From Octopus vulgaris (Eukaryota), in assembly GCA_951406725.2 (NCBI GenBank), contig OX597828.1, positions 47,306,001 to 47,370,000 of the forward strand: a DNA stretch of 64,000 bases, written 5' to 3'. Shown in pieces: positions 29,170 through 43,636 of the stretch. The notes beneath the pieces were generated by a model. The model had not been told where the DNA came from and did no database searches. It saw only the letters and a program-made list of their open reading frames with translations. Numbering within the stretch: the first letter of the stretch is position 1; each line of letters opens with the position of its first letter. The translations under genes and the position numbers were made by a program.

Positions 29170-29460
29170 AAAGAAATCGATTTTTATATAAAGTTTATTA
29201 AATATTAGCTAATTAATCATTAGTAATAGATAATTATTACTCCTGTGGCTTAATGCATTTTTAATTATGCGTTTAAGCTACACCGTTTATATTTACTTCA
29301 CTAAATATTTTATTGGCCTTCCCCGATATATGTGTAAATATTTAGATGTATATATGTGTATATACATACACACACATATATATATATATATAAATATATA
29401 TATATATATGCATATATATTTATATATACACATATATATATACATATATATATACATATG

Positions 29461-29514
<54 letters not shown>

Positions 29515-29692
29515 CACACAGATATTTATATATGCTGATATGTATCTGTCTCTATTTCTCTTCTTCTCCCTTTCTCTTTCTATATAAGATACATATTTAT
29601 ATATATGTATATATATATGTGTGTATATATATATGTATATAACATGTACATATATATATATGTGTATATTTATATATATGTATATATTTATA

Positions 29693-29766
<74 letters not shown>

Positions 29767-29952
29767 TACATATATATAAATATATACATATATATAAATA
29801 TACACATATATATATATGTACATGTTATATACATATATATATACACACATATATATATACATATATATAAATATGTATCTTATATAGAAAGAGAAAGGGA
29901 GAAGAAGAGAAATAGAGACAGATACATATCAGCATATATAAATATCTGTGTG

Positions 29953-30000
<48 letters not shown>

Positions 30001-30285
30001 CATATGTATATATATATGTATATATATATGTGTATATATAAATATATATGCATATATATATATATATTTATATATATATATATGTGTGTGTATGTATATA
30101 CACATATATACATCTAAATATTTACACATATATCGGGGAAGGCCAATAAAATATTTAGTGAAGTAAATATAAACGGTGTAGCTTAAACGCATAATTAAAA
30201 ATGCATTAAGCCACAGGAGTAATAATTATCTATTACTAATGATTAATTAGCTAATATTTAATAAACTTTATATAAAAATCGATTT

Positions 30286-30289
<4 letters not shown>
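29170..30289. repeat. ~1.1 kb palindrome centred on (TA)n
   Basis: The unique flanks 29170-29350 and 30110-30289 are exact reverse complements; the inner arms differ in microsatellite length. Confidence 0.95.
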
Positions 30290-30352
<63 letters not shown>

Positions 30353-30540
30353 CATATATATATATGTATATACATATCGTTGCCAATATGCAAAAGTCCA
30401 AAACGTTGCTGTTTCAGGAAACGAAAAATAGTTTCACCTTTCCATAGCAAAACTTCGACAATTTTTGATATCTTGGCATTTGAAGCAGCTGGAGATACGT
30501 CAGTTTAACATAATAACAACGATATGTATGCGTGTGTGTG

Positions 30541-30594
<54 letters not shown>

Positions 30595-30889
30595 CAGGTA
30601 AATATATTGATACATACATATATGTGTGTGTGTTTGTGTGAGTCTGTGTTTATATTCATATATACCTACTCACATATATATATATATATTAACACATGTA
30701 TATTAATTAGTATTTGTCAATTACCTAAATATCAAACTAAGTAATCGATTGTTTGTTTAACTTGGTTGAATAGTAAGTCTTTTTTTTTCTGTTTTATTTT
30801 TATTTATTTATCTATTTATTTATATTATTTCATTTTTTGTCAAAATTCTTTCGCTGCAATTTGCGTCCTTCACAATGACTTTCCTCCGC

Positions 30890-31298
30890 TACAGAGGCTG
30901 TGTGGTAAGATGCTTGATTCTAAAGCACCTGGTTCGTGGTTCAATCATATTGTGTGACACTTGACCGTCTTCTACTACAACCTCGGGCTGACCAAACCCC
31001 TGTTAGTACATTTGGCAGTTCGAAACTGGAAGACGTCTGTCGTATATACGTGTAATATACGTGTGTGTGTGTGTGTGTATCTGTGTGTTTGTGCGTGTGC
31101 TCGCGTGTGTGTTTATATGTATGTTTTTTTGCGTTTGTGTTTGTCTCTCCCCACAAACATACACATACACAAACCGCTTTCTCGTGTGTTTACATCCTCG
31201 CAATTTGCGGTTCGATAAAAATAACCGATGGAATCGGTACCAAATAAATAAATGAATATTGGGATCGATACATTCATCTAAAATTTCTTCGAGGCGGT
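30890..31298 (+). mobile_element. SINE family A, old diverged copy
   Basis: ggctgtgtggtaag...cttctactacaacctcgggctgaccaaa...cggttcg. Confidence 0.65.
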
Positions 31299-31299
31299 G

Positions 31300-31333
<34 letters not shown>

Positions 31334-31426
31334 TAGATGTGATACACATAGTCAGTCTCACTCATGTTTATACACAAATACACACACACTCACACATATA
31401 CGCACATATATATATGTGTATGCATA

Positions 31427-31478
<52 letters not shown>

Positions 31479-31567
31479 CATACATATATATATATACATA
31501 TATATATGTATGTATATATGTATGTATATATATGTATATATGTATATATATATATATACATACATAC

Positions 31568-31611
<44 letters not shown>

Positions 31612-31616
31612 GTATA

Positions 31617-31649
<33 letters not shown>

Positions 31650-31717
31650 GTATATATATATATATGTGTGCATGTATACATGCATATATATATATACGTA
31701 TATTCATACACACAAAC

Positions 31718-31764
<47 letters not shown>

Positions 31765-32840
31765 TGTAAAGTGAGTGCGTGAGGTATGTATTAAGTACTC
31801 TAACAATGAAGAGTTCGACTCATAGATTATATGTTTTGAATGTGAACAAATATACTTGTGAAACATGTATTCCTTATTCTTTGACCCCGTATATTAACGT
31901 TTCGAAGGGAAAAAATGAAGGATTGTAATAAGAGTTGCGTACCATTCTATATTGTATGATACAAGTAACTTTGCGCACGCGCGCGTTTATGTGTGTGTGT
32001 GTGTATGTGTGTATGTGTGTGTGTACGAGAGAAGGAGACAGTGACGGAGAGAAAGAACCTGCAATAGAATGGGTGCTTACCTTTCCATATTAACTATAAT
32101 ATTTCACCACCCGTTTTATAAGACCTTTGAGAAACTTAAATATGTACCGGCCAAAAATTGCCCCCAGGTCATGTCTAATTTAAGGGCACCACTTGACAGA
32201 ACCTTTCAAGCTATTTCTAGGTCAAGTTTTGTGGTATCCAAGGTCTAATCAGAGCTGCTGTTGTTTGACATATATCCAAAAGTATCAAGAAGTATCCAGA
32301 TGCATCCAGATGCATCCAGATGTAAGTGGCTTGTCTGTTATCTATCCTTTGACTCTTTGGTTTTCGCCATCTAGAGTTTTAATTTTGGGACGTTTCAGTG
32401 GTGATTTTGGGATTTTTTAAAATTTAATTTTGGGATTTTTTATTTTGGAAAATATTCGATAAGAAAACAGACAGCAACGGTTACACCCCCACCCCACCAC
32501 CACCCACCCACCCACATACACACACACATGGCCATGTAATGTCACACCTGCTTTTCTCCTGATTACCTGCTTCTTTCTACTTTTTCCCTTTCCGGATTTT
32601 TTTCCTATTTCCGATGAAGAGCCATACTCGAAACGCATTTTCATTCCTATTTTCCCATCTTAATCTTTCATTCAGCATCAGATTAATATATTCGGTGGAT
32701 ACGTCTAATTGAGTTTTTTTAATTTTTTCTGTTCTTTCTTTGTTCTTAAAATTGCCTTTCCATATATACATACATACATATACATACATACATACATACA
32801 TACATACATACATACATACATACATACATACATACATACA

Positions 32841-32876
<36 letters not shown>

Positions 32877-33084
32877 TAAGTAGTTGAATGAATTATCTTA
32901 GTATGGATAATTCGGTTAACCGATACCTGGGTAGCAAATTCACGTCAGAAAAATACGGTTGAAGCTACATGCCAAGGGCAGAGATCACGTGCTTTCGTGT
33001 GGAAATTTGTGTGTTTTTTTAATACAAATAAATGACTGTGGGTAGTCATCTAAAAGTTTTTGTTCATCTTGATGCTGACATAAG

Positions 33085-33183
33085 TTCCTTGTTTTTCCTG
33101 ATGAGAAGGCGGCATAATGCACCCCTTATTCCTTCGAAATTAGGAATATGCAGCCTTCGAAACATATGTCGAGAATAAAGGAA
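33085..33183 (+). ncRNA. Type I hammerhead ribozyme, canonical core
   Basis: Stem I UUCCUUGUUUUUC/GAGAAUAAAGGAA; CUGAUGA; stem II GAAGGC.GCAUA/UAUGC.GCCUUC; GAAA; palindromic CAUAUG; GUC cleavage site after 33170. Confidence 0.85.
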
Positions 33184-33838
33184 TTTTGTTAAATCGTCGT
33201 TCAACTCCATTCTTCCATTTATTTGTATTAAAATATATATATATATATACATACACGTATGTAAGCATGAATCCAAGGACGTGCTGTTATAAAGCTAACT
33301 GCAATACGTTGGGACGTTGCTATAGGTTAAAGAAAAAGACTAGTGATCAATGTCTACTAATACTTTTATTATACAGTGTGGGAGATGACTTGGGGCATGT
33401 TTCGCTCTTATTATTACTCTACCAACAGAATCGGTAGCATGCCGGATAAAATGGTTAGCGGCATTTCTTCCAGCTTTACCTCCTGAGTTTAAAAGTCCTG
33501 GAAACAATTTAATCAATCGAACCTCTGATCAGAGTGTTTCTGCGATGGTCATCACACCTTACTTTCACCCAATACATCTGAGACTATAATATCCAACAGG
33601 TATTGACTTATTCATGGTAAGATATGGTTTGAGGGATATTGGTTTGGCTATTACTTTTGGCAAGTCAAAAGACTTGGAGATGATCTATCGTCGGTTCGAG
33701 TTAGTTATATGAATTCAGAATGCAGCGTATTGCGTGTGTATATACGCACACAAATACATTCATAAATATGCCTAAATATATGTTTCTGTGTATGTGTATG
33801 CATTCGTGAATGAGTGACTGTGTCACTATACAAGTATA

Positions 33839-33867
<29 letters not shown>

Positions 33868-33871
<4 letters not shown>

Positions 33872-34109
33872 GTTGGTCAAAAGTCACCCGACAGTAAATC
33901 AAAATTCCATTATCATTATCATATTATCTGTAATTCTGTATTGGGTCGAATGGATAAATGTGTCGTTCAAGAAGGACTTCAGTTTGAACAATTTTCATGA
34001 TGCTTCATATTTAGATGCTTTCATTAAATTCATTCAGTTGTTAATCATAAATAAATCTTGGAATTAAATGGCTTTTGATTTACTGTCAGGTGACTTTTTA
34101 ACAACACCG
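33868..34109. mobile_element. MITE (Tc1/mariner-type TIRs)
   Basis: ~37-bp imperfect TIRs: cagggttggtcaaaagtcacccgacagtaaatcaaaa / ttttgatttactgtcaggtgactttttaacaacaccg. Confidence 0.7.
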
Positions 34110-34599
34110 TATATATATATATAATAGCCGATATTAATAGTGGTTGGTTGGTAGCTTGGTTGTTTAGTTTCTCGGTTGGTTTCTCCAGTCAAGCCTAAAA
34201 CCATCTATAGATAGAGGGGGATGGAGTAAAAAGAAAAAGAGTTGACAACCATAAAAAGAGTGACAAAAATAAGTGTTGACATAAGAGGTGCAGTATGAGT
34301 TCACATGCTAGGCTTGGTGGCAGGCAATGAATAGAGGCAAAACACACACACACAGATGCAAACACTGAGAGAACGAATCGGAGGACGAGAGGAATAGGAA
34401 GGAGAGGAGAAAGAAGGAGGAAGAGGAGGATGCCAGTAGTTATGAGAGGAGTTATGCAAATGAGAAATCTGTTTTAATTAAATCTATTTTAAGGTAATAA
34501 ATATTTTTCTTTTGAAAATTACTAATCATTTCATCATTTAGCTGAAGCATCAAGAAATTTGATAAAAGTCGAATAATAGTTATCGTATTCTGTTATTCT

Positions 34600-34815
34600 T
34601 TTGCCTGTTCCAGTCATTTGACTGCAGCCATGCTGGAGCACCGCCTTAACGGGTTTTTAGTCAATGAAATCGACCCCATGACCTATTATTTGTAAGTCTA
34701 GTACATATTGGTTTCTTTTGCCGAACCACTAAGTTACAGGGACGTAAACACACCAGCACCAGTTGTCAAGCGATGGTGGTGGGGAGGTACAACATAGATA
34801 CAAAGACACACACAT
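34600..34815 (-). mobile_element. SINE family A 3' half
   Basis: cagtcatttgactgcagccatgctggagcaccgcc...acgtaaacacaccagc. Confidence 0.8.
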
Positions 34816-35483
34816 AAATATAGAGTCAAGTTTTGGCTGCGATTTCCAGCGTGGTGGTATCTCTTAGATACCCTAAATTATATGTTTTATTTATATTTCC
34901 TGAGCGCCATACTAATACAATTGTTCGTTTGTTTTCCACCTGCCTTCGTCTTTTGTCTATTTTCATAAAGCTTCCCGTTATATATATATATATATTGGTA
35001 TCTCTTAGAGACTCTAAAACCACATTAAATGTTCATAATGAAGATTTAATGTGGTTTTAGAGTCAGGTTTTGGCTGCTATTTCCAGTGTGGTGGTATCTC
35101 TTAGATACCCTAAATTATAGTTTTGATAATAATTGTTACCTTTGAAGGTTCTTATTCCCATGCTGGCCACTTGATAAGGTCGATATTTAAATTAACGATC
35201 TTATCCTCATATAATATATATGGTCATTTTGCCAGTTTAGCCAATAATAACAATAAGTAGGTGTAAAAACATGAACAAAATAAAAATAAACAAAAACAAA
35301 TTACACGAACGTATATAAACACGAGATACAAATATTACAGGGACTTCACCCCCACACACACTAACTAAATATAGACACACATAGAGGTATACGCAAATGA
35401 AGACACATACAATAGGAATAAAAAATACAAAATGGCTGACCGTTAGTAAGGCGAGACACACAAATAAGAAAGAAGAAAGCAAA

Positions 35484-35528
35484 GGACCACTGATGAGGTC
35501 ACGAAAGTGTGACGAAAGAACTCTGGCC
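35484..35528 (+). ncRNA. Minimal type I hammerhead ribozyme
   Basis: GGACCA-CUGAUGA-G-GUCAC(GAAAGU)GUGAC-GAAA-GAAC-UC-UGGCC. Confidence 0.7.
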
Positions 35529-35640
35529 GAAATAAGATTAAGATTAATGTAAAAAATAAATAACGCTGAAGCAAAGTAACACCAAATATACAGTGCGTGT
35601 GTTTTTATTGGCTAAACTGGGAAAATGACCATTCCTAAAT

Positions 35641-35844
<204 letters not shown>

Positions 35845-35869
35845 GTATATATATGTATGTATGTATGCA

Positions 35870-35906
<37 letters not shown>

Positions 35907-35956
35907 AGATAGATAGATACATACATACAGACAGACAGACAGATAGATAGATAGGT

Positions 35957-36014
<58 letters not shown>

Positions 36015-36693
36015 TTATATATATACCTATATATATATCTATATATATATATCTATGTATGTATGCTAGTATGTATGTATAAATACATATACATGTGTAT
36101 TTTTCTATGTATATATACATTATACATATTATCTAGGTGTGTATACATATATATATATATAGATATATGTATATACACACACACGCACATACGCACACAC
36201 AAACACACACACTCACACACATTACATATCCGATGTCCTTGTAACGCTCCACAGAGTTTCGCAGTTACGTTCCATCAGGCATTTAATGTTCTTCGGATTA
36301 AATATTGAACGTATTCATTATCTATTATATAGTAATAGTCTATTTCCTGTCTTGTGTCATTTTTTATCACCTATACGCGTGCAAAAAATTACGTGTGCCT
36401 GTGTGCATGTCCGAGCGAGTATGCGCATGTGTGCGCGCGTGCGCGAGCGCAATTGCATTCGTATGTACAGGCTTGCATCAATTTTGTATATTATTTGTAT
36501 AGGCATGTAAATATGTACATATTTACGATTACAAAAACACTCATATATATACATATACACACTTATATATATAGAGAGAGAGAGAGTGAGAGAGAAAGAG
36601 AGAGAGAGAAAGAGAGAGAGAGAAGGAGAGAGAGACGGGGAGGTAGAGAGAGGTAAATAGATAGATAATAGATACATACATATATATATATAT

Positions 36694-36744
<51 letters not shown>

Positions 36745-36747
36745 GTC

Positions 36748-36809
<62 letters not shown>

Positions 36810-37663
36810 CATGTATATATATATATATATACGTTTATATATACAGATTGCTCTTATCTATAAATATCATATACTATATCATATTATATAGTGTTTTCAT
36901 TTTATATTCATATAAATGTGTATATATATATGCATGTGTGCATATATATATTTGGTTTTAAATATTAGATATGTGTGATGTGTGTGTATGTATTTTTCTC
37001 TTAATTCGTGTGTTAGTTGTAAATGAGAGTCACCGTCATAGAGGCGGTGTCGTTCATTTCCGATATTCTTTGAGTGCTTGTCTGCCCATGGAAAAATAGC
37101 ACCTTGCTTGGAAAAGTTAAGCTCTGGTGTTGGGAAGTGCTTCCGGCTGTAGAAAATCTTCGTAAATAAACAACTACGACGAAGGAAACTACGCCGACGG
37201 CAACGACGACGACGACGATGACGATGATGATGATGATGATGATGATGACAACGACGACGACGACGATGACGATGATGATGATGATGATGATGATGATGAC
37301 GATGACGACGACGACAACGACGATGACGATCATGATGATGATGACAACGATGACGATCATGATGATCATAATGTGATGATGATGATGATGACGATCACGA
37401 CGACGATTGTGATGCTATGATGATGACGAAGACGATGACGATCATGTCTATCATGATGCTATGATGATGATGATGATGATGATTATGATGATGTATGTAA
37501 TGTATGTATGTAATGCATGTATGTAATCAATTAATAGTTTGCCTGTATTTAATTTGTGTATATTATAGCATAAATACTTCTCCTTCCGGTTATTTACCAT
37601 AATGTATTCTCATACACTCATACAAAATCGTGTTATCATATGCGGGGTTTTTACATGCACGTT

Positions 37664-37737
<74 letters not shown>

Positions 37738-37786
37738 TATATACATATATATATACATATATATATATATATACATATATATATAC

Positions 37787-37902
<116 letters not shown>

Positions 37903-37920
37903 GTATATAAAGATATAGAT

Positions 37921-37959
<39 letters not shown>

Positions 37960-38030
37960 TACATACGTACATACATACATACACACATACATACATACAT
38001 ACATACATACATACATACATACTTACATAT

Positions 38031-38221
38031 AGGTGCAGCAGTGGCTGTGTGGTAAGTAGCTTGCTTACCAACCACATGGTTACGGGTTCAGTCCCACTGC
38101 GTGGCACCTTGGACAAGTTTCTTCTACTATAGCCTCAGGCCGACCAAAGCCTTGTGAGTGGATTTGGTTGACGGAAACTAAAAGAAACCCATCGTATATA
38201 TATATATATATAGGAATATAA

Positions 38222-38258
<37 letters not shown>

Positions 38259-38371
38259 CGTGTGTGTAGATATGTTTGTGTCTGTGTCTGTCCCCCCATT
38301 ATCGCTTGACAACCGATGTTGCTGTGTTTACGTCCCCGTAATATAGCGGTTCGGCACAAGAGACCGATAGA

Positions 38372-38375
<4 letters not shown>
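38031..38375 (+). mobile_element. SINE family A, 3'-truncated
   Basis: Matches 216-525 and ends in (TA)n. Confidence 0.88.
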
Positions 38376-38435
<60 letters not shown>

Positions 38436-38857
38436 GTGTGAATCCATATATATACTTACATATATATTAATACTTACATACGCACGCATGCACACACAGG
38501 CACACGCGCGCGAGGGCACTCCAGTTTTTGTATATACGTAAACAGAACTGGAGAGCGTGTGCGCGTGAAAATGAGTGTATGTGAAAGAAAAAGAGAGAGG
38601 GGAAGGGAGGAGAGAGGTGCTGATAGTACTTTGGAATACCATAAGAATAGAGTAAATTCCAAACACAGCTGACCGGCTCCGACTTACGTCCAGCCATGCA
38701 TGAACATATATAATACATCAGCTGGGAAATACGGACACATGTAAATTATAAGATTCCACCCACTGAATATTCATGTGATGCAAAATATATGCCCCCCCCC
38801 CCACACACACACACACCCCACAAACACACACACATGCACCCCCTTCCTTACAAACAC

Positions 38858-38889
<32 letters not shown>

Positions 38890-39024
38890 TCACACGCACA
38901 TACACGCACATACACGCACACACACATACTTATATATGTGTATATTTACATATTCATGGAAATATTCATATATTATTATATCTACCTTTGGTCATCACGA
39001 GGCTATATTCCATACACACACTCA

Positions 39025-39057
<33 letters not shown>

Positions 39058-39061
39058 GCGC

Positions 39062-39097
<36 letters not shown>

Positions 39098-39164
39098 CAA
39101 AATAATAAATAAAACATATGCATATATACATACATATATGTACGTACCTATATCTATATGTATA

Positions 39165-39459
39165 TCACCGTGATCACCGTGACCGACCAGGCTATCAGAT
39201 GTTGCTACACATCGCTTGTCACAATGCGCTTCAAATGACGCCACCCCGCTGGCTAAGCGAGCAGGCCAACAGAAGAAAGAGTGAGAGAAAGTTGCGGCGA
39301 AAGAGTAAAGCAGGGATCGTCACCATCCCCTGCCGGAGCCTCTTGGAGCTTTAGGTGTTTTCGCTCAATAAACACTCACAACCCCCGGTCTGGGAATCGA
39401 AACCGCGATCCTACAACCGCGAGTCCGCTGCCCTAACCACTGGGCCATTGCGCCTCCAC
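39165..39459 (-). mobile_element. tRNA-derived SINE family C, full length
   Basis: tRNA-like head with A/B boxes; 3' end with short repeats (CACGGTGAT). Confidence 0.85.
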
Positions 39460-39847
39460 CTATATGTATATATTCATGCATATATGGGTACAGGACACCA
39501 AAAAAAAAAAAACGTCGGACACAATGAGAAACGAAAACATAAACACAAAACCAAGGACTTAGGACATTTTTCTTAAACAACGAAAAAAAAAAAGAGTCCA
39601 GGACATGCAACACAAGGAACATTCCCCTTCTTCAGCCGTTCTCTGTTTCATTTAATCCGCGTTTCGAAACGGTTCGGCCAAAAAATCCGATAGAATAAGT
39701 ACCAAGCTTATAGAAAATATGTTCCAACAAATATCCAAAGTTCCATCTTTGGAATGGAATGTAGATGACAAAAACAATGTCACATTTTAAACCTGGGGAA
39801 AAGTATTGACATAGTCTTACTGTTCCGCTTACAGATTATATGTGTAA

Positions 39848-40245
39848 CTAGCAGTATCGCCCGGCGTTGCTCGGGTTTGTAAGGGAAATAACTATATAAG
39901 CATTTTTAGAGAGTTACAGCTAAAAAATAGTCAAAAAATGCATTAAAAATGGAAAAAAAATTATGGTAAATTTTTTTTTTAATCGTTGACTCATCGTAGA
40001 CATTTTTAGAGAGTTACTTCCCTTATACAATAGCGAAAAAAATGCATTAAAATGGAAAAAATTGATGGTAATTTTTTTTTAAATCGTAGACTCATCGTAG
40101 ACGCGCGCTAATACCCAGAAGGGCTCGATATGAATCACGACTATAAGATACCCGGTTTTGGTTAAACTGCACCGCAAAATGTGGGAGTAGTTAGGAATCT
40201 AAATCTTAGGAGACAGACACACAACTTGACTTTTATATATAAAGA
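39848..40245 (-). mobile_element. Non-autonomous Helitron (same family, with ~100-bp internal duplication)
   Basis: Reverse complement of 1816-2115 with a duplicated catttttagagagttac...catcgtaga block. Confidence 0.85.
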
Positions 40246-40744
40246 TGTAAATTTGTAATCCAGATATAGAAGTTGGAGGTTTCGAAGCAGCTGTCCATAG
40301 TTATCCTTCTCCTTTATTTTCTAAGAGACATTCACATCAGCAGGACAGCTGACCCCTAGGACGGTACATACTTTTTTATTTGTCTGTCCCAAACAACAAT
40401 ATGCGGCCCATTATGCTTACACTTGAAAGTTGTTTTGAAGCGAATGTCCCACAATTATTCCTTGTGCTGGCATTCGTGTACGTATTCAATAACAGGGGGG
40501 ATTCTCTATGTATGTATGCATGTATGTAGGTAGTATGTATGTATGCATGTATGTATGTAAATATGTATGTGAGTGTGTATGTATGTATGTGAGTGTGTGT
40601 GTATGTATGCATGTATGTTTGTATGTATGTATGTATGTATGTTTGTATGTATGTATGTATGTATGTATGTATGTATGTATGTATGTATGTATGTATGTAT
40701 GTATGTATGCATGTGAGAATTTCCAAAAAAAAAAAAGAAAACAG

Positions 40745-40905
40745 AAAGCGAAGTCGGGTGTGTAAATTATAAGCAGATGTATTAGTTTAACGCTTGGGAA
40801 GTAAGAAAGTCTTTTACGTTTCGAGCCTACGCTCTTCGACAGAAAGGAACACAGAAATAAACAAGGAGAAAAAATAGAAAAAGGTTTAGTGGCTAGCGAT
40901 CTATC
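40745..40905 (-). mobile_element. Short HHR-bearing element; HHR at 40811-40846
   Basis: CUUU-CUGUCGA-A-GAGC(GUAG)GCUC-GAAA-CG-UA-AAAG. Confidence 0.7.
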
Positions 40906-42719
40906 ATGTATATATAAGTATGGATGGATAGATGGATCCATCGATGAATGGTTGGATGAATGGATGCGATACGGTTCAGTACAGTCTGTGTATGCCTAAT
41001 GTAGCTTACAAACTATGCTAGGAGATAGTTGCCCATGATGTCCATCAACCTTCAGATTCCATAAAGCAGATACAAATACCATAAGCCAACAATTTCTCAA
41101 TATGGTCTTTCGACATTTTTGAAAAAGAAGGGCCAAATTACCCTCAAATCCACTCCCACCCCTAATAACTTGAAAATGTGTTCATTAGATGGTTTAGTCT
41201 TTGATATACAGGCAACGAGTGAAGGAAGTGGATAGTCACGATAGGAATGTCTTTGGGCATAAGTAAGCTCAGACAAGATCGACAAGGGGTTTTAATAATA
41301 ACAACAGAATACTCGATTCAGTTGTATCTGTGCTTTTTTAAAAGATGTTTCAACTTGTAGCAATTTGCGAAAAAGAAGTAGATCAGTAGAATTGGTAGAG
41401 CAACGGACAAATAAATTTTTTTTTCTATGCGTTTCCGAGTTCAAAATCCGTGAGCGAAAACTACGATTCATAGACGGTAAAGGCTAAGCTAAACTATTTC
41501 CAGTCGTATGTTTTATCCGATAACGCTAAACGCTATTATATGTCTAATTACGCGAAACCACAATCCTGCATGTGTTTGTATATGTGGGTATGCATCTGAG
41601 TATGAGCAGATAAACACGAAGACACATATGCGTACATACAAACATATATAGATATAAGAGGGATTTGATAAACTAGTCTATAAATTAAAACTAACCCCAT
41701 AAAGACAAAAATTCAGTGACAGGTAGAGTCTTCTTGATCATTTTCGTAACTTTTATGCTGAAGTAGAGACAGCATGTTCTTTGTCTATCTCCTTAACTTT
41801 TTGGAGATTTTAGGTATAATTATACTAATGTGTCCATCTGTTCTAATTTAATTAAATTCTATGTCTTTGTGCAGCTGAAGATTGCTCTACATTTTAAATT
41901 GATGCAATGATTGAATTGTTCAATTAAATGGAGTTGCATGAAACGATAGTACTTCATTACCTCTGGATATCCTTGTTGGTTATTTTGATATATATATATA
42001 TATATATACATAGACATACTTATAATCATTCACGTGACCGGAAGAACGAAGAATTTCCCGCCAAATTTTACATGTGCTTTGGCACGAAGTTCTAGGTGCT
42101 TGCGTCATTTTTCTGCTTCCAAGCTAGAGTGTGTGTGTGTGTGTGTGTGTTTGTGCAGTTTTTTTGGGGTTTTTTAAACTATATGCGTATATATGAATGT
42201 CTGTGTGCTAAACCACACATGTATACATTAGTCTACATTAGACTATTTACTGTCCTCTCCCCAAAATGCCTGGAGCCAATCATAGAAACTGTTAGAAATA
42301 GCAGCCAACTCTTCCTCAAATCACACTTTATCGTCTTAGATATGATGGTACATTTTATTACAGTATTTTCTGTCTGGGGTTTTTCCCGAAAAATCTAATT
42401 TTCCACGCCAGTGGTTCCGCCAGAAATAGGAATAAATATGCTAATTATATGTAAATGCGTTTTGCTCTTTAGTTATGCTTATTTGTATATTTGTAATATT
42501 ATTGGAAATCCTAGTATCTGTAGGTAATAAGGAGAAATTATAAGGGAACAAGACCTCTTAATAAGGAATTGTATAAGAATTTGATCGAAAAGAAATCTTC
42601 ATTTGTAGGAAATTTCTTAATCCCTCTTTCTAGCATCTAATGGATTTAGCACTGCCAGATCTTTCGAAGAAGTTTTAATCCTTGCTTAATTTCTTATAAA
42701 CTTTATGAAAGAGAAAGAT

Positions 42720-42765
<46 letters not shown>

Positions 42766-42892
42766 CAATTTTTATGTAGGTTGTGAAAGATCATGGCGTA
42801 GTGGTTAGGGTCATTGGCTCACAATCGCTAGCCCGAGAGTTTGGACCGGACAGGTAGTTGAAAACACCGTTCATTTTTCGTTGGTCTTCACT

Positions 42893-43040
42893 TTCTGAGT
42901 TCAAATTCCGCCGACAATGACTTTGCCTTTTATCCCTTCGGAGTTGATAAAATAAGTACCAGTCAAACACTGGGGTCGATGTAATCGACTTACTCCACTC
43001 CTCCTTGAAATTGCCGGCCTTGCGTCAAAAATTAGAAGCC
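42893..43040 (+). mobile_element. SINE family B 3' fragment
   Basis: ttctgagttcaaattccgccg...aagtaccag...ggggtcgatgtaatcgact. Confidence 0.7.
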
Positions 43041-43189
43041 AATTTTTATGTAGGTGTGCCATATGATACGGAATATATTTCAAGGATTATCCTTGAAGCA
43101 ACAGAGTGTGGGAAACGCTACTTAAGTACCAATTGGTACCTATTGGTATAGGGTAATACATAGTAATCTAGTTAATATAGTACATAGTG

Positions 43190-43512
43190 TGAAGGTGCGT
43201 GGCTTAGTGGTTCGGGCATTCGGCTCATGATCGTAAGATCGTGAGTTCAATTCCCGGTGACGCGTTGTGTCCTTGAGCAAGACACTTTATTTCCTGTTGC
43301 TCCAGTCCATTCAGCTGGCAAAAATGAGTAGTACCTGTATTTCAAAGGGTCAGCCCTGTCACACTCTGTGTCACGTTGGATCTCCCTGAGAACTACGTTA
43401 AGGGAACACGTGTCTGTGGAGTGCTCAACCACATGCACGTTAATTTCACGAGCAAGCTGTTCTATTGATCGTATCAGCTAGGACCCTCGTCGTCGTAACC
43501 GACGGAGTGCAC
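43190..43512 (+). mobile_element. tRNA-derived SINE family D
   Basis: GCGTGGCTTAGTGGTT...GAGTTCAATTCCC head followed by GTGTCCTTGAGCAAGACACTT, a segment typical of conserved-domain SINE superfamilies. Confidence 0.75.
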
Positions 43513-43636
43513 CTTTAGTACGTAGTAAGGTAACCTAATAGATAGTCTTATAGTTTAATTACATGGTGTTAGTTTAATCCACACGGCGTAGATTAGTATA
43601 CAATGGTATCATTCCGAACATACAAGAATGATTTAA

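Noticed and set aside
34454-34461. Octamer ATGCAAAT (also 47394-47401)
   Set aside because: Expected by chance in 64 kb of AT-rich DNA.
39380-39459. tRNA-like sequence (also at 25507 and 43190)
   Set aside because: SINE heads continuing into SINE bodies; no complete cloverleaf or acceptor stem.
41862-41900. Acceptor-like tctttgtgcag as possible exon 2
   Set aside because: The phase-1 frame hits TAA within 7 codons and there is no donor.
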